Shown: positions 12,654 to 25,225 of the stretch, in pieces
How the letters are laid out: each line of letters opens with the position of its first letter
Position numbering within the stretch: position 1 is the first letter of the stretch
Made by a program: the position numbers and the translations under genes
Notes under the pieces: generated by a model
The model's input: only the letters and a program-made list of their open reading frames with translations
Database searches by the model: none
Told to the model about the DNA's origin: nothing
Assembly (NCBI GenBank): GCA_964016885.1
Contig: OZ024748.1
Span: forward strand, 8,618,001-8,682,000
DNA from: Eledone cirrhosa
Taxonomy: Eukaryota
DNA: 64,000 bases
Reading direction: 5' to 3'

Positions 12654-15344
12654 AAACAAAACCTTTATCTTTCATAACATTTTGTAATCCCTTTGTGTGT
12701 TAGTTCCATAACTTATGTCCGCCATTCTACTCTATCGTCTGCTTATATTCATTTCTTTTCTTCCCTTTCCCGCTTTATTAAATTCTTTCCACATATTTCA
12801 TCTCGCCCTGCAATTAATATTTAGTTGAGGGCTTCGTAATTACTCTTATATATGTTGCTCACTACAGTCTAATACCTGCTCCAGTATATTTTAATGTGAT
12901 TTTTCTTATCTAGCCATAAACTATGTTTTTTAATAGCAGCAGTAAAACCAAAGAAAAAAAAACCTGTTCCATGGACAGTTATATGTACATTAATGTCAGA
13001 TACGTAAAATATGTATTTTCTAGTGATTAGATCAATATATATATAATGGTTGTTTTTAGAGAGAAGTTTGCTGAATATACATAATTTGATACATAATCGG
13101 AACATTAGACGTGTTTCTTCTAAATAGGAGTGTTTTAGGGAGGAACCATCTTCATTGTGGTTGGACATGCTAGAAACATCAGCTAAATCTCAATAAAATC
13201 ACACATCGAGAATGAACGGAACATTGGGCTTTGTAGTCTTTGATAACACCGTAAAATGAGATGGTCATGACTGGAATATTGTTCATTAGTGAATGTGTAT
13301 AGTGAATGGATATGGCTGTCTATATTCGATGGATCCCCTAAACAGTTTCTTTCCCAAGACATAGCACAGCTCGGGGCTATGGTAAATATCACTTGCCCAA
13401 GATGATGTGGTGTTCTTTAAATAGAAGTAATTTTGCTATTCGATCAAATATAGATTGCTGAAATAAGTGTCAAACTGTTAAATGTACTTGATTCAATATG
13501 GTGGACTAAAACTTTTGATGGCCGTGATTAGTTCAATGACTGAAACCTGTAAAAGAATTCGATTAAAATTATTAGAAAAGAAATCAATGATAAGTAGACA
13601 GAAGTGTCAACGTGATTATCTTTCATTGGATTTTAGTTGCATTTCTTCATAAATTGCCAATCAGTTCACCAATCAATTCTTCAACTAATCAATTGGTTCA
13701 ACTCTCAATTTTATATATTATCTATCAGTCGCTATATCTATATTATTACTTTATTATATTTTTGCGTATTGATCATTGAATCGATTTTCAAACAATTCGT
13801 TTAATTATTATAATATCGTCAATCTATGTAATTATTTGAAAGTAGTAGAAATCGCCATGAATGGCACAAAATAAAGAGTTACACAGACTAAAACGTCCTT
13901 CAAATTGTGATATTATATTAAATATATAACAACTGCTCTAATGTAACTGGTTAGGATCTTTTCCAACCATCCATATACAATGTTAAGTATAATATTTGCT
14001 CACAATAGTGAGAGATGGTGAATGACGGAGGACAGTGGGACTTTGTGTTCGGACTTGGTGTATAAATGTGACTATAAGAGAGAATACATCTTACATCTTA
14101 GATTGTAATATATAAATTGTTTTTACTTTTAAACAAGACTAACCCTGACCCTAAATAAGGGTCCAACCCTATTCGTGTTTAAGTGATATTTAATATTTAC
14201 AACTCACACAACACGACCGAGGTGTTTGGCTGAGATTTACTTTACCTTTCCCTTCCTCACCCTTCTCTCACCTTTATCGTTCTCTTGTTTCATTTCTGAA
14301 ATTCCTTCTTTAAGATATTTCAGATATATATTAATCGCTTTTTTTTAAAAATAATTTTTCTAAAGGATTTTTTTTAAAGGATTGTTCCATAATCAAAATA
14401 GTAAATCTCAAACATTGAGATTTACTATTTTGATTTTTAAAACAAATATGCCGTGTTCATGACATGAATGATTCTTTTATCACTTCACAGCCATTCATTG
14501 GCGTTTTTTTAAAATAAAATATATTTTTTTTAATAGGTTCAAATTCAGTCACTTTTTGTTTATATTTTCTATGATTCTTTATCCATTTTCGAAGAACATT
14601 ATTTTTTTCTTTTCTAATTATTATTGTTTTTATTTGTTTTTGTTTAAATCTCATGTTTACTGTAATATGTAGGATAAATCACCATTTTAGTAAAATTCAG
14701 TTTTTAACAGTGCTACATTAGAAAACAACAATATTGACATTTTGTATTTGTTTTAACACTATATCTTATCTGTTTGTTTTTCTTTACTTATCCTTTAATA
14801 TATGAAAAAAGATTCATGTCTTCAGAGAAACATGGACGTGTGTTTTTTATTTACTAAGACATAAGATTCGATTCCAAATTAATTCCTTCAATATTTCAAA
14901 CACAAATGCATTGTCATTATATTTCATAATAATCTTGTTTTATTATATTTTCTCTATAGTTCAAATTTAATATGCAAAAGCACATTAATTGAAGCTCAAC
15001 TATTCTTAACAAACATTTGAAATGTATAATCAACATAAGCTTATATCAAACAGTCTAATTACCTTGATATCATTCTGTCATTATGTGAGTATATATTAAG
15101 ACCACTGAATCTTCTATCAACTTGTTGACTTGAACCGACGAAATCTAGACACAAAACTTTTGTTGGATCCGAATCCGTCTCTAAATAAAGTTTTTTTTTA
15201 AATAATTGTTTGTAGAATTAGGCTTGTAACTGAATGAAATGAAATGTCTATGTTAGTTTACTGCACCGCCAGAAATAGGGAAAAGTAGATATTGAATGGT
15301 ATTTCTAAGCAAATATTAAGGTTCATTTTTTTTTTACTTGATCT

Positions 15345-15540
15345 AAGATCCCTTTTCCCGCAGATGGAAGGTCAATACTTGTTGGAGCGGGTGGAATTCA
15401 ACTACATTGATACAATGATTAACTGGTACTTCATTTTATTGACTTAGAAATAAGTAAATATAAAACTGACTTTGGCAGGATTCGAACTCAAAATGTAAAG
15501 AACCACCAAAAATACCTTACAGCATTTTACTCGATGTTTT
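15345..15540 (-). mobile_element. Old degenerate SINE related to family A
   Basis: AACTGGTACTTCATTTTATTGAC...GGCAGGATTCGAACTCAAAATGTAAAG resembles the family A central domain and B-box. Confidence 0.55.
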
Positions 15541-16408
15541 AGTGTTTCTGGAAATCTATTCCAGTGACATGGCAGAAATAATATTAATAATATTGGAGAG
15601 GATCTTTAGATTGTCAAATAAACCAGCTAAGGTCAACTTTGCCAGTCAACTTTTCAGGTCAGATCGATATAATGGAATATATTCCAGCCTGAAACAGGAG
15701 GGATTTGCCTATGTAACGAAAATCAATAATACTCCTCCTCTTTGTTTGCTTTGAAACAGATAATATCCTAAGCATCACAGCACCGTGAGTTAGACTGCTA
15801 TTTTAGTTGCTATATAACTGTTAACGTGTAACATTCCCGAACAATCATCAAATACTAAAAACCTACACGTGATTCCAACACTTCTTATTTTCTCGCCTGA
15901 CCAACTCTACTTTATAGAGATTTGACTAGTAAATCGAGAAAGAATCTCAATACCAATGTAGATTTATAAATAGTTTACTTTCACATTTTTTTATTTTTCC
16001 CTATATCTCAAGATCTTATCAAGTTAAGTGTCTGATATAGAAATGTTATAATCCCCATGCGGCAACATGTCTCAATACTTAATCTAAAACTATTTTATTT
16101 GAAATCTCTATAACATTTCAAACACCAATGATAAATATATCCCTAGTCTGTAAATCTGTGTCATTGCCAGAAGGAATAAACAGAAACGCTACACCTGTCG
16201 TCACTAATTAGTTTTGTATCCTAGAAGTTTGATGTCACATACCTCTGGAGATAACGTTTTCTTTCATATGTTGCAATGAATTAAAATTAGACTAGCACTA
16301 ACTATAGGCAACAGAAATGGATTCAAGCGACTACATTTACTACTTAGAAATGTCTTTAGTTTGCGCCTACATCAGAAATCAATATTATATCAAAACATGA
16401 AGGATAAA

Positions 16409-16605
16409 CAAACCTACCAACCTCTAAAATCCCAAACGGGGAGTACCATGACAAAAAAGTGCTCCAAAACGGGGAGAAATGAGGCAAAATGGGGAGATTT
16501 TTACATAATGAAAACTATACCTATTTTCACAAGAGAAGACATCTCTCATTCACCCCAAAGCGGTGGGGAGATCTCCCTGTCCGACGGGGAGAGTTGACAG
16601 GTCTG
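16409..16605. mobile_element. Putative MITE with imperfect TIRs and internal GGGGAG repeats
   Basis: Left end CAAACCTACCAAC versus reverse complement of right end CAGACCTGTCAAC. Five (C/T)GGGGAG motifs inside. No clear TSD. Confidence 0.5.
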
Positions 16606-17761
16606 AATAAATCGAATGCGTTTAACCTGATTTCCAATATTACAAGAAAGATATATACCCTGTTTATTTTGAAGGTTTTTCCAATATTATCAACTCTATA
16701 GTTTTACTTAGTAAATATTCCTTATATTCCTCTTACGTTATCTACTTAATATCTCCAGTGTTTTTAGCTGCACCAAACATTGTCATTTCTTTAATGCTGC
16801 CAGAAAGTTCTAAGGCATTAATCTCGCTATTTACAGTAATATTAAATTTCTTCCTGCCAATACTGAACCAATTTACCTATGAAGATGCCCACTTTATCTT
16901 CTATAAAATTACCTTCTAACACAATTCGTATTGACTGCAATATTTAGCTGAAAAATACTTATTTCCTGACGCAGTATTTATACAAATCAAATTGTTGTTC
17001 AAGCACTTGGGAAAACCTCTTCCACTATATTTTCAAAACTAATTACATTATCATTTGCTTCTATCATCTTTCTTTTTTTACCTTTTACTTTTCAACCTGT
17101 GAGGTTTTATGCTACAACTCATAAAGTTTTGATTTCCAGTATTTTAATGTTTACCCACTTTTTATTTATAAAATTGTTCAAATTAAAATGGAAAGGGGAA
17201 ATATATATCTTCAGTTTTTCGTAGATATAAATTTAATGATGTCACGAAATGAGGAAGTAATTCGGTGGAGTTATGAATCGAAAGAATCCAAATATTCCAT
17301 GAAATACACTGGAAACTATTTTTCTTGTGAACTCTTCATTGTGGAAAATAAATTAGAAATTCCCCACAAGAATTTTAAATTTAACTGGCAGTACACAATC
17401 CTCTTCACGATGTTGTCGAAAATAGAAATTTAAGAATTCCTATATCGCTACTTTTTATATAATGTTTTTAGATATTTTCATATTAGCTTTGAGCTTTACT
17501 TAGCATGATGAGGTATTACTGGTGATTACATGTTCTTTATCATAAAAGGTAAAATGTTCTCAAACGAAATGGTAAGAACCTTAGAAGATTTTCCTTCAAT
17601 ATCTTGAAACAGCTATGTAAATTGTCAATACATAGTTAATCATCAGCTATGACCTTCTACTCAACACTTTACCCTAACTCTTTATATAGGAACAGATATA
17701 TTTAAATATCAATAACACCAGTTAATGTTTTTCATACACAATTGCTCCGATTATGATGTTA

Positions 17762-18166
17762 ACAGTCAAGTATTTTAGAGAGAGTTACGGTCGATACCAG
17801 CTTACGACAGTCAAATATTTTAGAGAGAGTTACAGTTGATACCAGCTTACGACAGTCAAGTATTTTAGAGAGAGTTACAGTTGATACCAGCTTACGACAG
17901 TCAAATATTTTAGAGAGAGTTACAGTTGATACCAGCTTACGACAGTCAAATATTTTAGAGAGAATTACAGTTGATACCAGCTTACGACAGTCAAATATTT
18001 TAGAGAGAGTTACAGTTGATACCAGCTTACGACAGTCAAATATTTTAGAGAGAGTTACAGTTGATACCAGCTTACGACAGTCAAATATTTTAGAGAGAAT
18101 TACAGTTGATACCAGCTTACGACAGTCAAATATTTTAGAGAGAGTTACAGTTGATACCAGCTTACG
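17762..18166. repeat. Minisatellite, 45-bp unit, 9 copies
   Basis: Unit ACAGTCAAATATTTTAGAGAGAGTTACAGTTGATACCAGCTTACG at 45-bp periodicity, with near-identical copies. Confidence 0.95.
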
Positions 18167-18359
18167 ACAAGTATTTTATTGACATCAGATGGATAAAAAA
18201 TAATATCTACTGTAAATAGAAGAAAGATAAAACTGTGTGATGTCTAACTCTAGAATGTAAAGGGATGTAACTTAAAGCTGTAAGGTATCGTGACATTTAC
18301 AACAACATTAGATAGTCTTCATGACCTCATCAATAATTGTTACTGGTCCTATTTAACTA

Positions 18360-19397
18360 TAATGTTGCTGCTGATGATGATAATAGGGTTGACAATGATA
18401 TTGATGATGATGTTGAAGATGATGATGAGGGTGTTGGTGATGGTAGTGGTGATGATGGTGAGGGTGGTGTTGGTGATGATGGTGGTGTTGGTGGTGGTGA
18501 TAGTGATGTTGTTGGTGTTGGTGGTGATGGTGGTGTTGATGATGTTGTTGGTGGTGATGGTAGTGATGGTTAGGGTGGTGTTGGTGTTGGTGTTGGCGGT
18601 GGTGAGGGTGGTCGTGATGGTGATGTTTTTGGTGTTGGTGGTCGTGTTGGTGGTGATGCCGAGGGTGGTCGTGGTGGTGGTGGTGGTGGTGATGCCGAGG
18701 GTGGTGGTGGTGGTGAGGTCGAGGGTAGTGGTGGTGGTGAGGTCGAGGGTGGTGGTGGTGAGGCCGAGGGTGGTGGTGGTGGTGGTGAGGTCGAGGGTAG
18801 TGGTGGTGAGGCCGAGGGTGGTGGTGGTGGTGGTGAGGTCGAGGGTGGTGGTGGTGAGGCCGAGGGTGGTGGTGGAGGTGGTGGAGATGGTGGTGGTGGT
18901 GATGCCAAGGGTGGTGGTGGTGGTGATGCCGAGGTTGGTGGAGGTGGTGGTGGTGGTGATGCCAAGGGTGGTGGTGGTGGTGATGCCGAGGGTAGTGGTG
19001 GTGGTGGTGGTGGTGGTGCCGAGGCTGGTGATGGTGGTGGTGGTGGTGGTGGTGGTGATGGTGGTGGTGGTGGTGGTGGTGGTGGTGGTGATGGTGGTGG
19101 TGGTGGTGGTGGTGATGGTGGTGGTGGTGGTGGTGGTGGTGGTGGTGATGGTGGTGGTGGTGGTGGTGGTGGTGGTGGTGCCGAGGCTGGTGATGGTGGT
19201 GGTGGTGGTGGTGGTGGTGATGGTGGTGGTGGTGGTGGTGGTGGTGGTGGTGGTGATGGTGGTGGTGGTGGTGGTGGTGATGGTGGTGGTGGTGGTGGTG
19301 GGGATGCCGAGGGTGGTGGCTGTATCATTGTGGATTTGTTGTTGTTAGATTTCTTACTATAAATAACACATTGAGGACCAGGAAATGTCTATGGACG

Positions 19398-19434
<37 letters not shown>

Positions 19435-20100
19435 AATAACACTAACAATAACAGCAACAATAACACCACCAACAGCAACAACAGCAACAACAGCAACAAT
19501 AAGTATGACTTAAAACAAAGCCATATCTATCTTGAACACCCAACAATGAAACGACGATGATGATGATGACCAAGATGAAGAGAAGGAGGACGTTGATTTG
19601 ATGATGATGATGATCATGATGATGATGGTAATGTTGTTGTTGATGAAGATTATGATGATGGAATCCATTGGGTGTAAGTACATAATGGAAATAGGGATGA
19701 GAACAATGGTGGTGGCGGTGGTGAGGGTGAGGGTGAGGATGGTAATGGTGAGGGGGGGGGATGGTGATGATGATGATGTTGGTGATGCTGGTGATGGAGA
19801 TGGTGATGTTGGGGATGATGATGATGACAGAGATGGTGATGGGAGGATGATGATGATGATGGTGGTGGTGGTGATGGTGGGGTTGGTGATGAATATGTTG
19901 GTGATGATGATGGTGATGATGGGGATGATGAAGGGAATGGTGGTGGTGGTGGTGGTGGTGGTGGTGGGGATGGTAATGATGACGATGAGAATGATAATGA
20001 TGATGATGATGGTGGTAATGAGATGATGATCATGATTACGATGATGATGATGATGGTGATGATGGGGATGGTGATGATGGTGGGGATGAAGTTGAAGATG
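18360..20100. repeat. (GGT)n/(GAT)n/(AAC)n trinucleotide low-complexity field
   Basis: GGT runs punctuated by GATGCCGAG or GAGGTCGAG. These produce the spurious poly-V and poly-P ORFs. Confidence 0.9.
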
Positions 20101-21699
20101 ATATGAGGAGGATGAGTAGTAGTGGGAGGAGAAATATAAGGAAGAGATGGGTTAGGATTACTAAAAAAAAAAGAAGAGGATAATGTTGATTAAGATGGCG
20201 GCGATGAAAAATTTGAAGGCGGGAAAGCAGTGAAAGCGTGAAGAAAATAATATTTTAGCTGTATATGAGAAAAGTGTCCATTTTGTGAAACATCCCTGTG
20301 TCTTTGATATATCAACCAATAAAAGTTAGATTCCTTCCAGAGCATTCATTCCTTTCATAGCTTCTATCTTTTCCCTCCATAACTTTTCTATCGCTTTTAT
20401 TTGCTCTTTTATTCCAGAATTTAGTTGTTGTTGTTTTTTTGTGTGTGTAATTCTTCATTGTTATTGTCGTTGTTGTTGTTGTTGTAGTATTGTTAGCCAT
20501 ATTGTTATGCGTTGTTGTTGCTGTTGTTGTTGTTGTAGTATTGTTAGCTATATTATTACAATACTGTTCTTGTTGTTGTTGTAGTATTGTTAGCCACATT
20601 GTACTTTGCCTTTGTTCTTCTTATTGTCGTTGATGTTGCCACTGTTTTGTCCAGTGTTTTTTTTTTTATATTGTTTTTGTCATCGATATTGTTATTGTTG
20701 TTGTTGTTGTTGTTATTGTTGTTGCTGTTGTCGTTGTTGTTATTGTTGTTGTTGTTGCTCTTTTAATTATTGTTCTTTTAATTATTTTAATTGTTTTAGT
20801 CGTTGTTTTGCCGCCGCTTTTCAGTTGCCACATTTTTCATGGTTGCTACTACTATTGTTGTTGTTGTTGTTGTTGTTACTGTTGTTGTTACTGTTGTTTT
20901 TTCTACACGTGTAGATGTGATGATGTGTTATCCATATATGTTGGTCTGTAGATTATTAATCAATAGGTGTACGTAGAATTTCTTTCTTCCATCAAATTGA
21001 TATTCTCATATTAATTGTAAAATTTTTTTTTTTCTAATTAATATTTTGTTGAGGTGCTAAATTGGAACCGTTTCGTTAGTTTGCAAGTGTTGGAAATATT
21101 GTGACTCAATGTAAGGTAAGACTCTACATTATAGAAGTGTTGGTGTAGGGAGTGGCGTTGAATAAAAACAATAAAACCAACTTAGAAAGAAAAAAACTTT
21201 ATGAAAGGAAATATGTGGTTTTATGTTCTCTTGGAAGTGTTTCCCTGCTGCTGTGAAACATTTAAAACTGCGGTTTGCTTTAAAGACTCATTACAAAAGA
21301 TCGAATAAAACAAGGTGTACATTGAGTTTGAAAAATTATGCTTTTTAATTATGCAAATATCAATTTTGCTGATCTTCGAATATTTATTGACTATAAAATT
21401 TTTTAATGATGTTCACGATTATATTAGATTGAACAAAGCTGTGTTTACTAAAGTGGAGGGTTATAAAATGAAATTATTATAATCGTTGGCAACGTAAGTG
21501 ATGTAACAAGCTGGAGTCCCATGAGTAGCAAGTTCGAACCCACTTTAGATATCTGGTATTGAACCATGTAGCAAGTTACTTTGCTTACACAGAGAACACA
21601 CACAATTAATAATTCTAATTGCTGTAGGTATCCCGTGGAGCCCAGCACCCTTAATCTATTACATTTGCGACATTTTAAGAGGTGAGAGAATGTCCTGGA

Positions 21700-21965
21700 A
21701 ATAGTTGTTGTTAAATTGAGTTGAGAACCTGGGTTCCACAGTTGAGTGATTACGTCTGTGAGGTTAAAAGGATTTCACAAGAAGAGCTCATATAGATTGA
21801 GGAAGAGGGGGAAGATCTCTACCTGGCAGTGGTTGCTGTATTAAGGTATTTGGCCTTCTCGAGAGCCAATGGTTACACTTTGAATGAAAGAGAATGGCAC
21901 AATATATTGATTAACTGTGTAAAATATTATACATCGTTTAAACTTCCAGCCATGAGCACTAATAA
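21700..21965 (-). mobile_element. Dispersed repeat copy 1, possible CR1-group LINE 3' remnant
   Basis: Colinear and clearly similar to 24964-25225 (for example CTGGGTTCCACA, GTGAGGTTAA, GGTTACACTTTGAATG, CACAATATATTGATTAA, CAGCCATGAGCA). Confidence 0.55.
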
Positions 21966-22191
21966 CTGGTCTGACTAACTCGGCAGCTTATTAATTGTTC
22001 TTGGAACGTGAACACAAATACTATTTTCTTTGTGTAATTGACTGTTCATAGTATTTAAATAAATTCACTGCCGGTAGAAAATTGCCAGATAAATAATTTG
22101 GTAAACCTGATAGTTACCATTATGCAATACATGGGGTCAGTGGGTTTTAACGATATGGAAACGGTCATCATTTCATAGTATATATTACAAA

Positions 22192-22341
22192 GCTGTCCTG
22201 GGCATGATATTAAACTACATCCAGTTTGGGAGTTCAGGCGCTGTGGGGAATGTGGAGTTACCCCTTAGTTGTTATCACTCCCATGTCTGCTCTGGCCCGG
22301 AGTAGTAGTACCTGTTAGGGCCGCATTTATGGGTTAAATAA
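22192..22341 (+). mobile_element. SINE central-domain remnant (third family, Ceph-domain-like from memory)
   Basis: TGTCCTGGGCATGATATTAAAC...GGGGAATGTGGAGTTACCCCT...CTCTGGCCCGGAGTAGTAGTACCTGTTAGGG...TATGGGTTAAATA resembles a common mollusc SINE domain. Family name not verified. Confidence 0.55.
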
Positions 22342-23004
22342 TTACCTTACTTGAGAGGCACCGGTAAGGTATTATTAGACACTGAAAAGATATTACTGCG
22401 TTAAACTCTATTTTCAGTTTAATTTTTATTCATTCGGGTATGAGAAAAGAGATACCAATTTATTAAAGACTCAGGTTTATATACACGCCACGCATTCCAA
22501 TCCTCCGAATAAAATTGTTGGCTATCGAGTACACATATATTAGTTAAAAATAATGCAGTTGTGTCATATATTCTCCAAATACAGTATGTTATGCTTCCTT
22601 ATTTTACTAAATAACTTGCAAAGAAACAATTCATAAACGAATTTAGCTCGATACAAAGCGCATTTCAAATTATTTTATATAAAGAATAATCGTTTTTGTT
22701 ACTAATGAGAAATATGAATATTTACGAATAGAAAATTTAAGCATGAGGCAAGTGCGCTAAATTCCTAGATCTATATGTTTTGATTTGTGTTAAGTACACT
22801 TACATATAGAGCTGCCAACACTATAGAAAGTAGGATCTGCTATATATATATATACACATTTAATAACAATTAAAAAAAAATTTCCCTCGTTTTATTTGAC
22901 AGAATGTGTTTATTATTTTTTCTTAGCAAAATTTATTCTGTATGTTTCCTGTAAGAGAAAGCTTCAAGCAAAAGTAAGACACAATTAACTTTGCAGCTGA
23001 ATGC

Positions 23005-23053
<49 letters not shown>

Positions 23054-23059
23054 GTCTGT

Positions 23060-23121
<62 letters not shown>

Positions 23122-23204
23122 ATCTAATTATATATATATATATATAAATGTATTTATATATGTATGTATTTATGCGTGTATGTACTTATGTATGTATTTA
23201 TATG

Positions 23205-23255
<51 letters not shown>

Positions 23256-23481
23256 TTATATAGATATACATATGTATATATATATACATATATATATAAT
23301 CATACATTTATTTATATATATAAACATGTATGTATATGTATGTGTGTGTGTGTATACAAACACTCGCACATGAACACTCATATACATATAGATAAATTTA
23401 TATACGTCTGTGTAATCATACGAATGTTTTTATAAAACTTATACGTATGTTTCTAATACAAATGTATACATATGCTATATT

Positions 23482-23551
<70 letters not shown>

Positions 23552-23562
23552 TATACATATAT

Positions 23563-23606
<44 letters not shown>

Positions 23607-23733
23607 TACATATATATATATACACATATATACATATATATATATATGTAAACATGTATATATATATATGTATATATAAACGCATATGTATATATGTGTT
23701 TATATACATATGTTTATACACACACACACACAT

Positions 23734-23765
<32 letters not shown>

Positions 23766-23887
23766 GATATATGTGTATATATATGCACGTTTCTGTGCGG
23801 CACATGTGTATTGTCGAGTAATTTTCTATTTTTTTTTTTCTGTATATAAATTACATTTTCTTTATTTTCTATGCCCACACACACACT

Positions 23888-23936
<49 letters not shown>

Positions 23937-24963
23937 GTATATATATATATTATATATATATATATGTGTGTGTGAACGTATCTGTAATTGTATATATATA
24001 AATTTGTGTGCATGTATGTGTAAACACGTGTGGGCACGCACAATATTTTCTAGAGAGAACAAATATATATTTAGGTGGTAAAATAGATCTTTCTGAAAAT
24101 ATCACTGATTTCCCCAGATGTATCTGTCCACTGTAACTCTCTTCCTACCTAACAGAAGTCATAATTGATACACTCTCGTCTTTAAATTTCCTTCTACGCT
24201 CATCAGGTAAAACTGTTTCACCTATATACTAGTATATCTCCGAAACACAGAGGTAATCACATACCCTTTGGATCCCCACGCCTCTCTTTGCTTAGGTTTG
24301 TTATTTGTTAGGAAGATAATGTATTCTTCAGTTAGTTTAGTTAATTGTCAAACCTCTTTTGTCACACTTTCTTTGACCTCCCCAGTGACTGTTCTAGTTC
24401 TTCTTTATCTCCTCTTTGTCATATTTACTCCATCTGATTTCAGTTAGTGCATTCTTGATTCAAAATTGGATTAGAATATCTTATAAAACACAAACGAGAA
24501 AATCGAAGCTTTCCTTCAATGGAATATTTTGTTGTATTTTAATTGAAAGAATATTTCAGTTTTAAATTAAACATACACACTAACGATGACATGTTGTGTG
24601 TGTGTGTGTGTGTGTGTGTGAGAATCTGTATTTGTCTGTGTGTTTGTGCGTGTCTGTGTGTGTGTACGTGCGTGTGTTTGTATGTGTGTGTGTGTGTATG
24701 TGTGCGTATGTGTTTGTCTGTGTGTGTGTGTGTGCGTGTAATCGAACCAGATGTGCAGTTTAAATTTCGGTAACATACATGTGGTTATTATAAAGGTTTC
24801 GTTTACTCAGGGCTATATCTCGCAGAGCCATCATAATAAGCACATGTAGGAATGGATTATTCCAGAAAATTGGTAAAAGCCTTTTAGCGTGGGACACAGA
24901 ATGATTGGCTGCAAGGGACGTGAGATATGTTGTGGACTGTACGGTGCTCGGTGGTATCTTCTG

Positions 24964-25225
24964 TAGTTGTTAAACTGAGTAAAGACTGGGTTCCACAATT
25001 AGGGGATTATGTCTGTGAGGTTAAGAAGGTTCCACAAAGCAGAGTTTATATAGATTGAGAGAGAGGGAACATTTTCTATCTGGCAGTGGTCGCAGGTGTT
25101 TAAGGGGTATGCTTTCCTCGTGCCAGTGGTTACACTTTGAATGGAAGAGAATACCACAATATATTGATTAATGTTGTAAAATAATTTATTATAAATCGTT
25201 TAAACTATCAGCCATGAGCAATAAT
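24964..25225 (-). mobile_element. Dispersed repeat copy 2, possible CR1-group LINE 3' remnant
   Basis: Minus-strand fragments FYNINQYIV...GTRKAY...SALWNLL weakly echo the FYKI...TR.H...LWN.LP C-terminus of CR1/L2-type ORF2. Confidence 0.5.

Noticed and set aside
17762-18166. Regular array considered as CRISPR
   Set aside because: Head-to-tail units with no spacers.
18290-20033. Extensin-like poly-Pro and poly-Val ORFs
   Set aside because: Trinucleotide repeat artefacts with no splice or domain evidence.
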